Below, in pieces: positions 8,490 to 21,475 of a DNA stretch of 64,000 bases. The DNA lies in contig OU015568.1 in the NCBI GenBank assembly GCA_907165135.1, forward strand, positions 13,330,001-13,394,000, in the 5' to 3' direction. Below the pieces are notes generated by a model. It worked only from the letters and a program-made list of their open reading frames with translations, was not told the origin of the DNA and searched no databases. Positions within the stretch are counted from its first letter, which is position 1. Each line of letters opens with the position of its first letter. The DNA is from Oikopleura dioica (Eukaryota > Animalia > Chordata). A program made the translations under genes and the position numbers.

Positions 8490-9545
8490 GACCCGACGGG
8501 GAGGCGAGCCTCGTCTCTTGAATTAAGTCAGATACGGAACAAAGCCGACCAAAAGGGAAGGCAAGCCCCGTCTCCTTAATTCAGTCAGGTAAGGGGCCAA
8601 GCCGACCCGAAGGGGAGGCCAGCCCCGTTTCTTGGATTCAGTTAGGTAAGGGGCCAAGCCGACCCGGAGGGAGGCAAGCCCCGTCTCCTTAATTCAGTCA
8701 GGTAAGGGGCCAAGCCGACCCGAAGGAGAGGCCAGCCCCGTTTCTTGGAGGTAGGTAAGGAACCAAGCCGACCCGAAGGGGAGGCCAGCCCCGTCTTGGA
8801 TTCAGTTAGGTAAGGGGCCAAGCCGACCCGGAGGGGAGGCCGGCCCCTGCTTCTTGGATTCAGGTAAGGGGCCAAGCCGACCCGGAGAGGAGGCAAGCCC
8901 CGTCTCCTTAATTCAATCAGGTAAGGGGCCAAGCCGACCCGAGGGGAGGCTAGCCCCGTTTATTTTCTACAGTTAGGTAAGGGGCTAAGCCGACCGGGAG
9001 GGGAGGCAAGCCCCGTCTCCTTAATTCAGTCAGGTAAGGGGCCAAGCCGACCCGAAGGAGAGGCCAGCCCCGTTTCTTGATTTAGGTAGGTAAGGAACCA
9101 AGCCGACCCGAAGGGGAGGCCAGCCCCGTTTCTTGGATTCAGTTAGGTAAGGGGCCAAGCCGACCCGGAGGGAGGCCGGCCCCGTTTCTTGATTCAGGTA
9201 GGTAAGGGGCCAAGCCGACCCGGAGGGAGGCAAGCCCCGTCTCCTTAATTCAATCAGGTAAGGGGCCAAGCCGACCCGAAGGAGAGGCCAGCCCCGTTCC
9301 TTTGATTCAGTTAGGTAAGGGGCCAAGCCAACCCGGAGAGGAGGCCGGCCCCGTTTCTTGGATTCAGGGAGGTAAGGAGCCAAGCCGACCCGAAGGGGAG
9401 GCCAGCCCGTTTCTTGGATTCAGTTAGGTAAGGGGCCAAGCCGACCCGGAGGGGAGGCCAGCCCCGTTTCTTGGATTCAGGTAAGTAAGGGCCAAGCCCC
9501 GTTTCTTGGATTCAGGTAGGTAGGGGCCAAGCCGACCCGGAGGCC
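8490..9545. repeat. GC-rich minisatellite, ~56-bp unit, about 18 copies
   Basis: Unit is approximately AGGTAAGGGGCCAAGCCGACCCG(G/A)AGGGGAGGC(C/A)AGCCCCGT(T/C)TC(T/C)TTGGATTCAGTT. It decays toward the left. Confidence 0.9.
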
Positions 9546-9894
9546 TAACCGTATCCAATTAGTGAAGCCTTCTCTTGTCATTGTTAGCATTTGCTACGGC
9601 CTCTGGGTGAATGGTTAGGAATAAGTGATGGCCGAACGCTTCTTTTACGAGTTTATTCTATTTTAATGATAATCTAGTGCGAGTTAAACTGTTTTACGCT
9701 ACTTTTAGTCAAATAATATGAAGTTTAGCTGGTCTAAGCTTGCATCTAGGATAGTAAAACGGTCCAAACTCAAACTTATGATTATTATTTCTCCAAATTT
9801 GAGTCTTTTTCAACCGCCAACCGAAATTCGCAATTCGGGCGCGCCATCCTCGGTTTTATTGGCGTGCCCCCAGTGAGAAACATTAGAGGACTCT

Positions 9895-10925
9895 TAATAC
9901 TTTGAGAATTTTTCAAAAAGACATTTTGTGCATCTTGAACTTTGTTAATGACTGTATGCAATTTCAGAAGTCATTGACTAAGCCTTTCTAATACAAACAC
10001 TGACTTACAGACAATAGGTATCAGTTGAAAGACTTCTGATACTTTGAGGATTATTCAAATAGACATTTTGGGCATCTTAAGCCCTGTTCATGACTGAATG
10101 CAATTTTCGGAGTCATTGACTAAGCCTCTCTATTACAGACACTGACTTACAGATGATAGGTATCAGTTAGAGGACATCTGATACTTTGAGGATTATGCAA
10201 AAGACATTTTGGGCATCGTTAGCCCTGTTTATGACTGTATGCAATTTCGGAAGTCATTGACTAAGCCTTTCTAATACAAACACTGACTTACAGACAATAG
10301 GTATCAGTTGAAAGACTTCTGATACTTTGAGGATTATTCAAATAGACATTTTGGGCATCTTTAGCCCTGTTTATGACTGTATGCAATTTTCGGAGTCATT
10401 GACTAAGCCTCTCTATTACAGACACTGACTTACAGATGATAGGTATCAGTTAGAGGACATCTGATACTTTGAGGATTATGCAAAAGACATTTTGGGCATC
10501 GTTAGCCCTGTTTATGACTGTATGCAATTTCGGAAGTCATTGACTAAGCCTTTCTTATACAGACACTGACTAACAGATGATAGGTATCAGTTAGAGGACA
10601 TCTGATACTTTGAGGATTATGCAAAAGACATTTTGGGCATCTTTAGCCCTGTTTATGACTGTATGCAATTTCGGAAGTCATTGACTGAGCCTATCTAATA
10701 CAGACACTGACTTACAGATGATAGGTATCAGTTAGAGGACTTCTGATACTTTGACGATTATCCAAAAGACATTTTGGGCATCTTTAGCCCTGTTAATGAA
10801 TGTATGCAATTTTCGGAGTCATTGACTAAGCGTTTCTAATACAGACATTACCTTACAGATCATAGGTATCAGTAGCAGGACTTCTGATGATGTTAGCATA
10901 ATTCAAAAAGACATTTTGTGTAATT
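9895..10925. repeat. Satellite, 141-142-bp unit, about 7 copies
   Basis: AGACATTTTG anchor at 9919, 10061, 10202, 10344, 10485, 10626, 10767 and 10909. Confidence 0.92.
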
Positions 10926-11949
10926 TGAACGACTAGAAACTACATTCATAGTGCTGAAGGTCATTCAAGACCTCTTAATGATACAGATAGAGACCAACAG
11001 ATCCTCTGATAATAGACTCTCATGAATATCACTCATAATATCCACACAATACTCAGTTAATAATTTCTTATCATCGTTCAAACATATAGATAAGAATTTG
11101 AGCCTTTTTTGTCCTCTTATAAGACTTTTTTCTTCATTTTTAAGTTCTCGTAAATATCCAGTAGTTTTATTTAAAAATTATTAAAAAAAATTCCCCAACT
11201 CATATAAGCATTCGGAAAGAGCAAAGTTATTCCTTAGTGTTTAATCTAACTTATGAGCAAAAATTTGGGATTGAAACATCTTTTTATTGATTTATGAATG
11301 AATGAATACCTGAGTTAACCATATATAAGGGTAATTGGCACAAAACACCCTTCCATAAAAATGGTATATGAGTACTCAATCTCTTTTCTGTTAACTACCT
11401 GTATAATTTGAACCCTTCTCTATCATATTCTTCCACCAAATATATCATTTGCCTTGAATATATAGTGAATTTAATTTTTAAGCAAGTATGTCAAATTCAA
11501 GTCCCAATTTTTGGAAAAAATGCCCTTGAATGAGACCTGAACATCGGATCTCAGCAATTTTTGGTTTATAAAGGTTTTGAGCACCGCGAATCCACTGAAA
11601 CTGGTTTCAAAAGAATTGGAGATCAAAAAATTTTTTTGGCCGACCCTATTCTAAGAGAAACAACAACACTCCTAAGAAGTTCTTCTGTGTTGACAACAAG
11701 TGGATGAACAAGAAGGGTACCCAGGAGCTCAACGTCAACAACCTCGGTTGCAAGTAAATCAATGAAAAGCCCCAAAAATGAGCATGCTGTGGTGCAAAAC
11801 CCAATATCATCATTTATTCTCTGGCTTACTTTCTCCCTATTGTCATAAACCAATGGTAATCATTTGACAAGATGTGCGTTTTGACCATCTGATTACGCTG
11901 GTTTCACAATCACACATTTCTGTTAATTTGAAAAATAAATAAAAATCGA

Positions 11950-12730
11950 AATCAACGATTATGCGACGTACCATTCATCATTAATATTTTCTGAGGGCTT
12001 GATCACCAGTGGCTCGCCAATGCTGACGGGTAGTTGGCCCTTCACCTTCGCAGAGAGTCCAAATGAAGCGATGTGGGTTGGAACAACAACCTTCAATGAA
12101 TCAATTATGAGAGCGAGTTTTCAAGCACAAACCTTTCCTTTGAGAACAGCAGCATCTACCTCTAAGGGCCTGAATACTCCCCATCCACATAATTCTTTGA
12201 ACGAAGCTTTCGTGATTGGCTTCTTGTCTAAAATCAAAGTTACTACAGGATATTTGAAGCTACGGAACATACAATTCAAAACTTCATACGACAACAAATT
12301 GACTACGATAATATTTGCCTTCAGAAAGGCGAGAATGATTGACTCTGGATTGTTCGGCCGGTCTGTCGTACGCGTCGGAAAGGGAGAGGCACTTTTTAGG
12401 AGGAGCTTGTTTGGCATCGCGGAGACTTTGAGAACGGGAGAGAGGAGCACGGCGCTGAGGAAGAAGTCCTATCGGTTTACTGAACTTGTTGTCAGAATAA
12501 ACATACAAGAAGCAGCTTACTTCGACCGAAGAGAAACAAGCGACTCCATCGAACTTGTGTAATCATCGCGCGTTATTTCGGAGAGATCCATGTCCGAGAA
12601 ATCGTCGATTGTTAAGTCCCGAGTAAGCCTAAAGTTGGTGTGAGATCCCGAATCAAGCGAGCTTTCTTACTTGTTAACATCATAGCAAAAACTCGCCGGC
12701 CGTGGCGAAGACGCCGGTTTCGGCACCATT
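11950..12730 (-). CDS. Hypothetical spliced protein, possibly ending in an SH3-like segment
   Basis: Minus-strand exon fragments (TIDDFSDMDLSEITRDD; LLPQRRAPLSRSQSLRDAKQ; QLPVSIGEPLVIKPSENINDEWYVA) are separated by GT-AG intron-like gaps. The full model was not resolved. Confidence 0.35.
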
Positions 12731-12900
12731 CTTAAAGCAATAAATCAAAGAATCTTTAAATTTAAATTAAATAGAATTACTGTCATCGAGTAACGAGCAG
12801 AAACGCTGAAGAAATCAAGCAGAAGAGTGTTCACAATGATAGTTGAAATCGCTGAAAACTCAAAATATACAAATTTGTTTGACGAGCTAGGACTCCTAGC

Positions 12901-14516
12901 CTAGGAGTTGAAAGGCAGAGTCTCAGCCTTTTCATAATCACTTGGCGAGCTAGAGTAACTGCTCGGCAATTTCTTGCTTTCGCTTTTCTCTTCATTTAGC
13001 GGGAGTGGAATGACGATGAGGATCATTGCGGCGAACGATAATCCAATTCCAAGAAGTTGCTGCGTGCTGAACGTGTTCTAAAATAATTTTATTAGTTTAC
13101 CGGCGCGGCTTTAAATTGCAAGAGTCAGTACCCCCAGAGGAATCGGTCGATAACTGCATTAGCGGGAACTGGGAGACTGTAGCCGATGGCGATTAGGAGG
13201 GGAAAGGTCACAGACACGCCATAATTGACAAGCCAATTGAAGAAGAGTCCACATGTCGACTGAATATAGACGTTATCTTCTTCGTTCCATTATCTCTCAT
13301 CAATTCTCTTACCGAGGCAATAAGAAAAGTCCAAGTTTCTGTGTCCTTTGGAAACTTTTCTATGTCGGTTATAAACACGTAACAGACGGCTGGGAAGGAA
13401 ATAAGAACAGAAAACAGTCCAATTAGTGTCAGGAAAAGGGAGACTTGGCCGCTTGAAATTGTTCCAAGGAGCTTTTTAAAAGTAATTTTGTACGCAGCGG
13501 CACCAAATGCTGCGAAAAGTACTGGAATGAAGAAATTGATCTGATCGGCGAATCCGACACATGTATTTTCTTGAAAAATGTCGATGGAACTAAAATTTCT
13601 TCGGATCTCACCTGTGACCGTTGCATTAGTTCTACTCTCTGCTTCAGGCTCGTCACAATTAGAAGTAAGCGTAAGACACAAAACGCCTCCAAAAGCGAAC
13701 AAGGAAGCTAGTAATTGACGCACATTCGAGGCGACACCTTCATTCTTCACTCCCTGAAAATTTAATTTTTATTCTGCATAAATTCCTTTTTCAAACATTT
13801 CCCTAGGGACCTCAGAGGAAAATTGCCATTTTCGGAAAAGTTCAATCTTTTGATCTTTGATGAAAACATTATTTATTATTTATCTTTATTCAGAAGACTG
13901 AAGTAAATAATGAAAGCATCCTCTTTCGCGTACGACAGAATTAATCCGCAGGCTCCCCAGTTCTGTACTTACGAGTAATAAAAGAGAAAGAAGATATACA
14001 AACATAATTTCGGATGCCATAATAGCCGAGACGGTGGTATTGCTGAGATTGATAAGGGACCGCGCATAGAGGTAGTTGGTGACGAGATAGATAAATGTCA
14101 GAGGAAGAACCTTCGTGAGAATAGGCTTCAAAGAACATACTCGCACTCCAGGGCCAAATAACGAGAACGGAGATGAGAGGCCAAATGTCAACGGTTGTGA
14201 CTTGAATTTGTTTTGAAGAACGACTATTGTTGAGTTGATAAGTTTAAATGCTAATTGCGTGCTTTATTACCTGATAATGCGTACCCAGGGAAACACAAAA
14301 TAAGGAAGAGCGTTGAAAACGCTGTGAAAAATACAGGACTGAAGGTGTAGCCAACAAACTTCTTCATTAATTGAGCCGCAGAAACATTGGCGACCATGAT
14401 ACTTTCACAAAGGTATTGAAAAATATTCGTCGTTGAAATTCTATTTTCTTCCTTGATTTCAAACCTTTCCTAAAAACGAGGACAATCCCGACAATCAATT
14501 GATGACTTCTTCCCAT
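12901..14516 (-). CDS. SLC35F3/F4-like EamA/DMT transporter (multi-exon)
   Basis: Exons encode MGRSHQLIVGIVLVF..SAAQLMKK..FFTAFST; IYLVTNYLYARSLINLSNTTVSAIMASEIMFVYLLS; AAAYKITFKKLLG..VSLFLTLIG; GYSLPVPANAVID. This follows the SLC35F3/F4 motif order. Confidence 0.75.
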
Positions 14517-15539
14517 TTCTCAATCTTTCTCTCGCTCTTAAAAAGAATAAGTTCAACCTCACGGGCGGACAAAACACATCCTCAAATCGGTGCATATGCT
14601 CCAGAGTTGAAAAACGTCCCAAAAGGCTTATCCTACGAATAATTCATCTCGAATGTATAAATAAGTAAAATCCCTGCTTGCCCAGCTGCATTTATCGGAT
14701 TCTATTTTTGGTGTGGGAAGGATTTGTGTGGCTACTGCGCGTCGGTATCGATTAGCAAGGGTACATTATACAAAAAGAGATAGTCAATAATTACTTACTC
14801 AGCAAAGGTTTCGAAGTTATCCTAAGAATCGAAATTAAATATTCTCTCACTAAATAAATAGAAACTCGCTTTATTAGACTTGACACTGAGACATCTATCT
14901 AATTACCTCTGACCATAAAAAGAATTCTCCTTTATAATTTCAACTTGAAAACAAACGTCTCTGTAGAAAAAGTAACAATTTGTAGAGAGGAAAGGTAACT
15001 GCACGAATAGTCTCTGGGGGAAAAGGATTTAATTTGCCGTGGTGGGGAGTTATTGCTCAAACTGTGTCCTGCGCGGCGGCGACATGAAAAGCCAAACTGA
15101 CCACTTTTCAATAAATAAACTGTCGAGGGATACGGGCTAGTATTTTTTATTCAGGTTCAAAAAAGAATTCAATACTGTGTGTCTGGGATAAAATCAATTT
15201 ATGCAGACTCGAAACGACAAGTTTCTCGATAATAAAATCTTTTGATTGTTTATCGGGTAAACAAAGACTGTCTGCATATATTTTGCCTCTGCCACTTTGC
15301 ATTTTTGAAAACACACACAAAATGCAGTATTCAGAAGAACATGTCAACTCAAATTAATAGCAGCAAGATTTATTGCACATCGTAAAGGGGTAAAAATGCT
15401 AGAGAGATAGAGGAACGGAAACGTACTGTTTCCGCGGGTTGAATAAATAAAGGTAACAGTGAATAAAAACAGAAAATAGATGATCTCTACGGGATTTTGG
15501 CTTTTTCTACATTTGTAACAACAGGTTCTTGTCTACCAG

Positions 15540-17168
15540 TCAGTGTGGTATTCCCAAGTTCGAGGATTCGGAGGTGAAATGTACACTAATCTCGTTTAAA
15601 TAACTATGATCCGAAAATATCCTACCTCTTTTGTTCTTATAAAGCGCAGTGACCACCCCGTAGTAACCCATTCGAGGAACACCGGCCTTGAAGTCCTGCA
15701 TAACGCTAATTTTTCTGGCAATATTTTCAAATTCTTTCTTTGTTTCGTAAATCAATTTTACTTCTGGAACTTGTAGCATCTCAAAATCTGAATCTTCGTT
15801 AGCGGAGCCCATCTAACTTTCTTTACCTGAAACTGAGGCAACGGGGACATTTTCAACTTTTCGTAAGAACTGCTCATCATACTGTCTTCGTTTGATGGAA
15901 TTCAAATCGAATTGATTCCAATTGAAGTCGCCATGGAACTCGTGGATTTTCCCCAAGTACTGGTCAAAGAACTGACCGTTCGAGACACCAACTTTTCCAA
16001 ACGTCGAAGTTCGTGGTACTTCTGGGTGAATGCACTGACGGCCTTTTCGTTGCTCGACATTTCTAACCCAGTCGTCCCAGAATGCAGTTGGCCAGGTTGA
16101 CGCGAACTCTTCATCCCAAATCTATAAAATTAGTCAAAATGAAATTCAAACGATATACGTACCTTTTGGAGAGCATCCAACCGAGACCTCCAAAAAGTCG
16201 GTTCTATAGACTAGAGCTGGATTTTGCTCAATTTGATCGTCTTTTCCATTATCATTCCATGTCGAAAGGCAGAAGAGGTTTTCATTGGGGTCATTTAGCA
16301 ACGGAGAGAATTTTCGGAAGAAATCGATAAAATCGTGAGAAACTAGAAGATCATCCTCGACGATGATTGTCCCAAGAGCGCCAGGAAACTTTTTGAAGAT
16401 ATTTGAAAGAGCGAATTTGTAGTGGCGGCTTAAAACAGACTTGATTAGGGTAGAAAACGAAAACCAAATAGTACCTCAATTTGAAGTAGCCTTGCATGTT
16501 TCTTTTTACATCAGGAAAGTCGGACAAATCCGGCTGGTATATTGCACTGATGTGGTCATTTTCACGCGTGTATCTTTCGATGACTTCTTTTGTGCCCGCG
16601 TGGCCGCAGTCTTGCGATATAATAATCGGATGTGATGAAGCTTCAAGGTGTTTTCTTGCAATTAGAATTGAATCAAGTGCTCTGTTGACTGTTACACGAT
16701 TGCATGCTTTATCGAGGGTCGATCATTAACCTCTAGCTAATATGCTAGTAATAGAATTAAAGAAAGAGATCCCTTAAATCGTCAAGGAAATGATCGGCCC
16801 TTCCTATGACGAGGATCGGGATAAGAACATCATCTTTCTTACTGTCCTCTTTGAGATCCGTTCTTGGAGGCCGAGCATGTCTATTAGCTTTTTCTTCAGC
16901 AAAAACCTTCAGTTTGTCATAAATTCCAGACACTTGACCTTTGATAAGACTATTCCGTTCATTAAGTTCTTCAATTTTTGATTCCAGATCCGAGAGAGAA
17001 CTTTGGAAGAGGCTTGAGTGGAAGCGATTTCGATCATCAAAAAGTTCTGAATGTTTTCGTTGAGAAAACGACTCATGTAGATGAATTTTTACCAGAAAAG
17101 AGCGTAAAATTTGTGATAATGGCCACAACAAAAAGGCATCCAAGCCATCGGGCTAGCGAGCGATCCAT
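15540..17168 (-). CDS. MGAT1: Alpha-1,3-mannosyl-glycoprotein 2-beta-N-acetylglucosaminyltransferase (GnT-I, GT13)
   Basis: Type II TM N-terminus, then IPILVI|ACNR, PIIISQDCGH, QPDLS, QGYFK, IIVEDDL and MQDFKAGVPRMGYYGVV. The 3' end is approximate. Confidence 0.9.
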
Positions 17169-17394
17169 CTGAAACTACGTACTCATTCTAAAAAGCGTAT
17201 TTGGAGACCGAAATTGAAAAAGTATCCATGACATGTATTTTTCCATTGAACTTGAATTCGGTGTAAGAGATGAAGAAATGATTAGAAAGATAAATAGAGT
17301 CCCGCTAAAACTAAAAACGGATGGTTAAAAATAAAGGTCGTGTTAATTGAAGGCTGCAACGAGTAGTTTTTGAATTTCGTTGCTCCAATAGAAG

Positions 17395-18331
17395 TTATTC
17401 GTCTTTTTTGTTCCCGGAGTCTTTCGCCTTTCAAAGATTTACATCTATTCGACGGAAAATAAACTAGTTCGGCAATGAAAATCATTCCTGAAGCTCTTCA
17501 CAAACTCGATCGTACTCTCGGGTGAGTCCCTCTGCCTGAGACTTCATGGCTTCAATTTCTTTCTAAATGATAAATTAAGAAGCAGTTTGGAGACTTATTT
17601 CTTTACGTCTTTTTGGTTCAGTTCTTTATTGGCTTCCCCGAGCTCTTTTTGGGCAGACGCCAGTTTCTTCTCCATTTCCTTGACCTTATCTTTGAGCTCT
17701 TGCTCGACCTCGTCAGCACCTATCAACGGAATGAGTAAAATGCACTAATTCCTTGGCCCACCTTTCTCTTCCTTCTCTTTATTCTGGTCAAGAAGAAGCT
17801 CCGCGGTTCGAGAGGCAGATTCCGCCTGAGATTTTGCAGCTGAGGCCTCGGCCTTAGCAGTTGCTTTGTCCTTCAGTAATGACGCCAATCGTTGAATAAC
17901 AATCCACAGAAAGAGTGAGAATCCACTTTGAATTCATCTTATTATCAGCCAAATTTAAAATAACTCCACCTGATGTACAGATTTCGCTGGGAGCGGAATT
18001 TCCACATAAGAATATGGTTCAAAGTGTCTGGATTAACAGTCGCTTCTGCTTTTGCCTGCTCTTCCCGTTCTATGTATTTTTGCATCTCTCGCCAGGCATC
18101 GACGCAGAAAAGACCAAGGATGGAGGCAAGCATGTAGAAAAGGGTCGATCTACAGCTTCAGTTATCAACAGAAAACCCAAAAACAAACCCATTGCTGGAG
18201 ATTTTCTTCGCGATTCCCGATTTGAAGAGAGAGCTCCACCACTTTGAAGAAATCGGCCGCAAGCAGAGCAAAAGCGTTATTCCCAGCTCGACATAAAGAA
18301 TTGCAGCCACAAATTGCCACTGAAACGACAT
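17395..18331 (-). CDS. BCAP31: B-cell receptor-associated protein 31/29-like
   Basis: MSFQWQFVAAILYVELGITLLLC..ISSKWW, coiled-coil AMKSQAEGLTREYDRV, and C-terminal KKDE ER-retrieval motif. Confidence 0.85.
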
Positions 18332-21300
18332 TCTTGAAAGAAACACAACTTGAAAATTGATTTTAACGAAGTTTATTTTGAATTTTCAGTAATCAGTAGA
18401 ACCCTCAAAAGTTTTATTTTCATGCGCTTTGCAGTCCGCGTTTCTTGATTTGAAATTCAAGATATTGTTCATTGACTTTCGTCGACAGGCGCCTATCGAA
18501 TAAATATGCGCTGTGATGATGAGACCGAAGACTATCGATAGAATTGTCCAGCCAAATTTGCGATTTCTACGCCTTGAAAAGAGCGACGAGCATTTTCAAT
18601 GCAACTTGGTTTGACTACATTCGGTGGGGAGGCTCTATCTTTGGCGGTGCTGTGAACTCTCGAAATCTTGAATCAGCGTATTCAACCTCAGGAATCGGTC
18701 TGTCTCTATGCGGCTGAAGACCTGAGGGAACCTGCGATGCGTCGAACATTTCGTCAATTTTCGATAAAAGTGGGGACTAAACTGAGAAGGAGTCTGAGCC
18801 AATGCAAATTTAAATAAGTGCTTATCTATATTCAACACTATTTTCACCACCCTAAATCCTTCTGTTGGAATCCTGCATATTAAAGAGTCACATAATGCGG
18901 GCGCGTTTTCAAACAGAAATTTATTTTTGAAAATATGGAAAGAGCAAACACACAAAATAGGAAGAAATAAGCCAGAAGACGGTGAGTGGTCGAGTATCGA
19001 CTCGAGTCACTGTGCGACAGTACGGGCTTTTAGGTTCAATCTGATAGAAGAGCTACCGTGAGCCGTAGGCTGGGCCCTAAACGCTGGCATTTCCTATTCC
19101 AGTGAGAACAGCCAGCGATCGTTGTAGGTCCGGATTCTATCGCGCATCAACGCAGCTTAGAAATGAAAAAGTGAATGAGGCGCTTGATGATTGCTTGATA
19201 GAACCCGAGCGCACGAAGAAAGCTCGCTGTAGAATCTCACTGACATTGAAAATGTCCAGGTATTTGTCTTACTGAAGGAACAATGCATTGGACACAACAG
19301 CAAGGACTAATGAGTAAAATAATAAAAGGACAGGAAGGGCGGAGCAACCTTTGGCGCAAGGCAAGGAGTCAATGCGGATAGACAGAGAGTAATCTTGCTT
19401 GAAGAATGAAAAAATTTGGGCCCTAAGATATATTTTTGCTGTTTTTTAGATATATAGACTCGCGCGACCGAGTGAGAACTTTTGAAAGCTTATTAGATTT
19501 TAAGCGCGCTGGAAGTAGGAAACAGTTTAATAATAAAATCGAAATAAAAATCATGAGAAAAAAGAAGGGAGGATCGCGAAATGGCGTCGAATCAAATGCG
19601 CTAGCTTGCCTGTAGCTTGGGAGTACAGAAAACGATGTCTCAGTTTTTGGATTCAGTCGGATTTTCTTTTTCATTCAGAGAGGAGAGAGAGTAAATCAGT
19701 GGATAGTATAGAACATCTATGTGAAGGAAGTTGCGTTGCGGGTTTTAGAAGAATACTGAATTCACAGAAATAGTGCCAATTATGAAGTAATATTAAATAA
19801 AAAAGGTTGATCAGTGACTCGACTGACGAGAAGAAAAGTTTGCTAGGGTAGTTGCTTTGAAAGATGAAAGTACTGAAATAGGAAAACTTTGGTGTATATA
19901 AATATCAAAGAATAATATGTGGAAAAATGAAGCTAGGAAAAAAGCGATTGTGGGGAATGCCCCCCAGAAGAACCAAGTTCAATGTTGATTGGTTTTGATC
20001 TTGAAGATCACTTTCCAGGGATGTTGCTTTTCTCGGAAAAGCGCAATCTCGTGAAGGGATTGATGCAAAAATTAGGATCTGGGCAAAGCCGAGCATATAT
20101 TTTGTTTAAATAGAGTCGTGAAGGAGGTTCTCCGGGCACTGTACTGTACTGTAATTGCGAGGTCCGCTAGAGAGCAGCAGCAAAACTTTGTTTTTGGAAC
20201 TTTTTTGAGTAGTGAGTAGGATGAGAAAAGATTTGGGTAATTTTCTAGGCGGGAGGAGGTTCGCTACAAAACGAGTAGTGCCGCGGAGGAAATGCTAAGA
20301 TTATAAGGTTATTTTTAGTAAAAATGTTTTCAGACTTGTTTGGTTGATTTTTCGTGAAGAAGAAATTTTTATGGGGCATTTTTGAAAGGCATATATCGAT
20401 TCATTATTGTTTCATTTTCATTTTTTTGGATGAGCTGACCGGTCGGGCCCGGTTTGTTTCGTGTTTTCTGTGAGTTTGAACTGAGAGTAATTAGAATTTT
20501 AAAGGGAAAAATCAATGAAATGTTGTCTTGAAAGCCCTCGGATGGATCATTTTTTGAGCGTCAGGAATTTTGAATTCCGCTCGGGAAAGGTGTGTCACGT
20601 GGGTGAAGCCACGGCAGAACGGAACTTGAAAGTAGCTAATAAGAGCACCTTTAGTTGAAGATAATACGTAGTAGGCAAATTATGATTTTTTGGTTTTTTG
20701 TTTTTGTAGATTTTTGTGTTTTCGAAGTTTTTAGATATTGATAAAATATATTGAAATTTCAGGAACCACACCAAACTATACACAAAGGCGGTTTGTAACG
20801 GCTTGCTTACCGATAAAGCAAGAAAAGGGGAAAAATGAACTTTCACGCGGCTTGGGAACCGGGTGGTTATGTTGAAGCAATCTGAAGGTAAATGGGAAAT
20901 TGTAAAGACGAGAAAAATTATGGAAACTGCACCTATATATATTTGTATATTATTAGGCCTGAATAAACTCCGAGTGTAGGTACCAGAGTCTAGGATATAC
21001 AGCGTAGAGTGATTTTATGCATTTTGTCCAAAAATCTGATAGTCGGAAAAATTAGATTTTTGGTTGAGGTTGAGACATATATAGACTATGGGTATTGGCA
21101 ATGTTTAAATTCTTTTTGGTTTAGCTTGGGCCGCGCATTTGATTCGAAGCTATTTCTCACGAAGAGCCACTAGTGGCGCTATAAAGACGAATAAAGATGG
21201 TTGTTGAAAAGATTAGGTAGTATCAATAATAATATAATAATAATAGTTATAAGATAAAGAACTAAATGAATGACTTTAAATGGAGAAAGTATGAGCTCGA

Positions 21301-21475
21301 GGGGAGGGGAAGTCTGGAGCACATGCTGAACTTTTCAGTATGTCAGGGTACACCTTTAGTTTGATATCTAGATACTGGTGAAGTTCATGAAGTTGTGCTT
21401 TTCGAGGAATCAACAAATTGTCTTCATTAAAGCAGTCTCAACGCCATTAAATAATTGACGGAATTTATAGGATAA

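Noticed and set aside
8642-9383. Repetitive ORFs (VGLAPYL...) on the minus strand
   Set aside because: They are by-products of the 56-bp minisatellite, with frame changes between units.
8490-10925. Regular repeats that might suggest a CRISPR array
   Set aside because: Units are contiguous with no unique spacers, there are no cas genes, and the context is eukaryotic. They are satellites.
18533-18540. TATCGATA (DRE-like) upstream of BCAP31
   Set aside because: A single 8-mer with no supporting evidence of function in this species.
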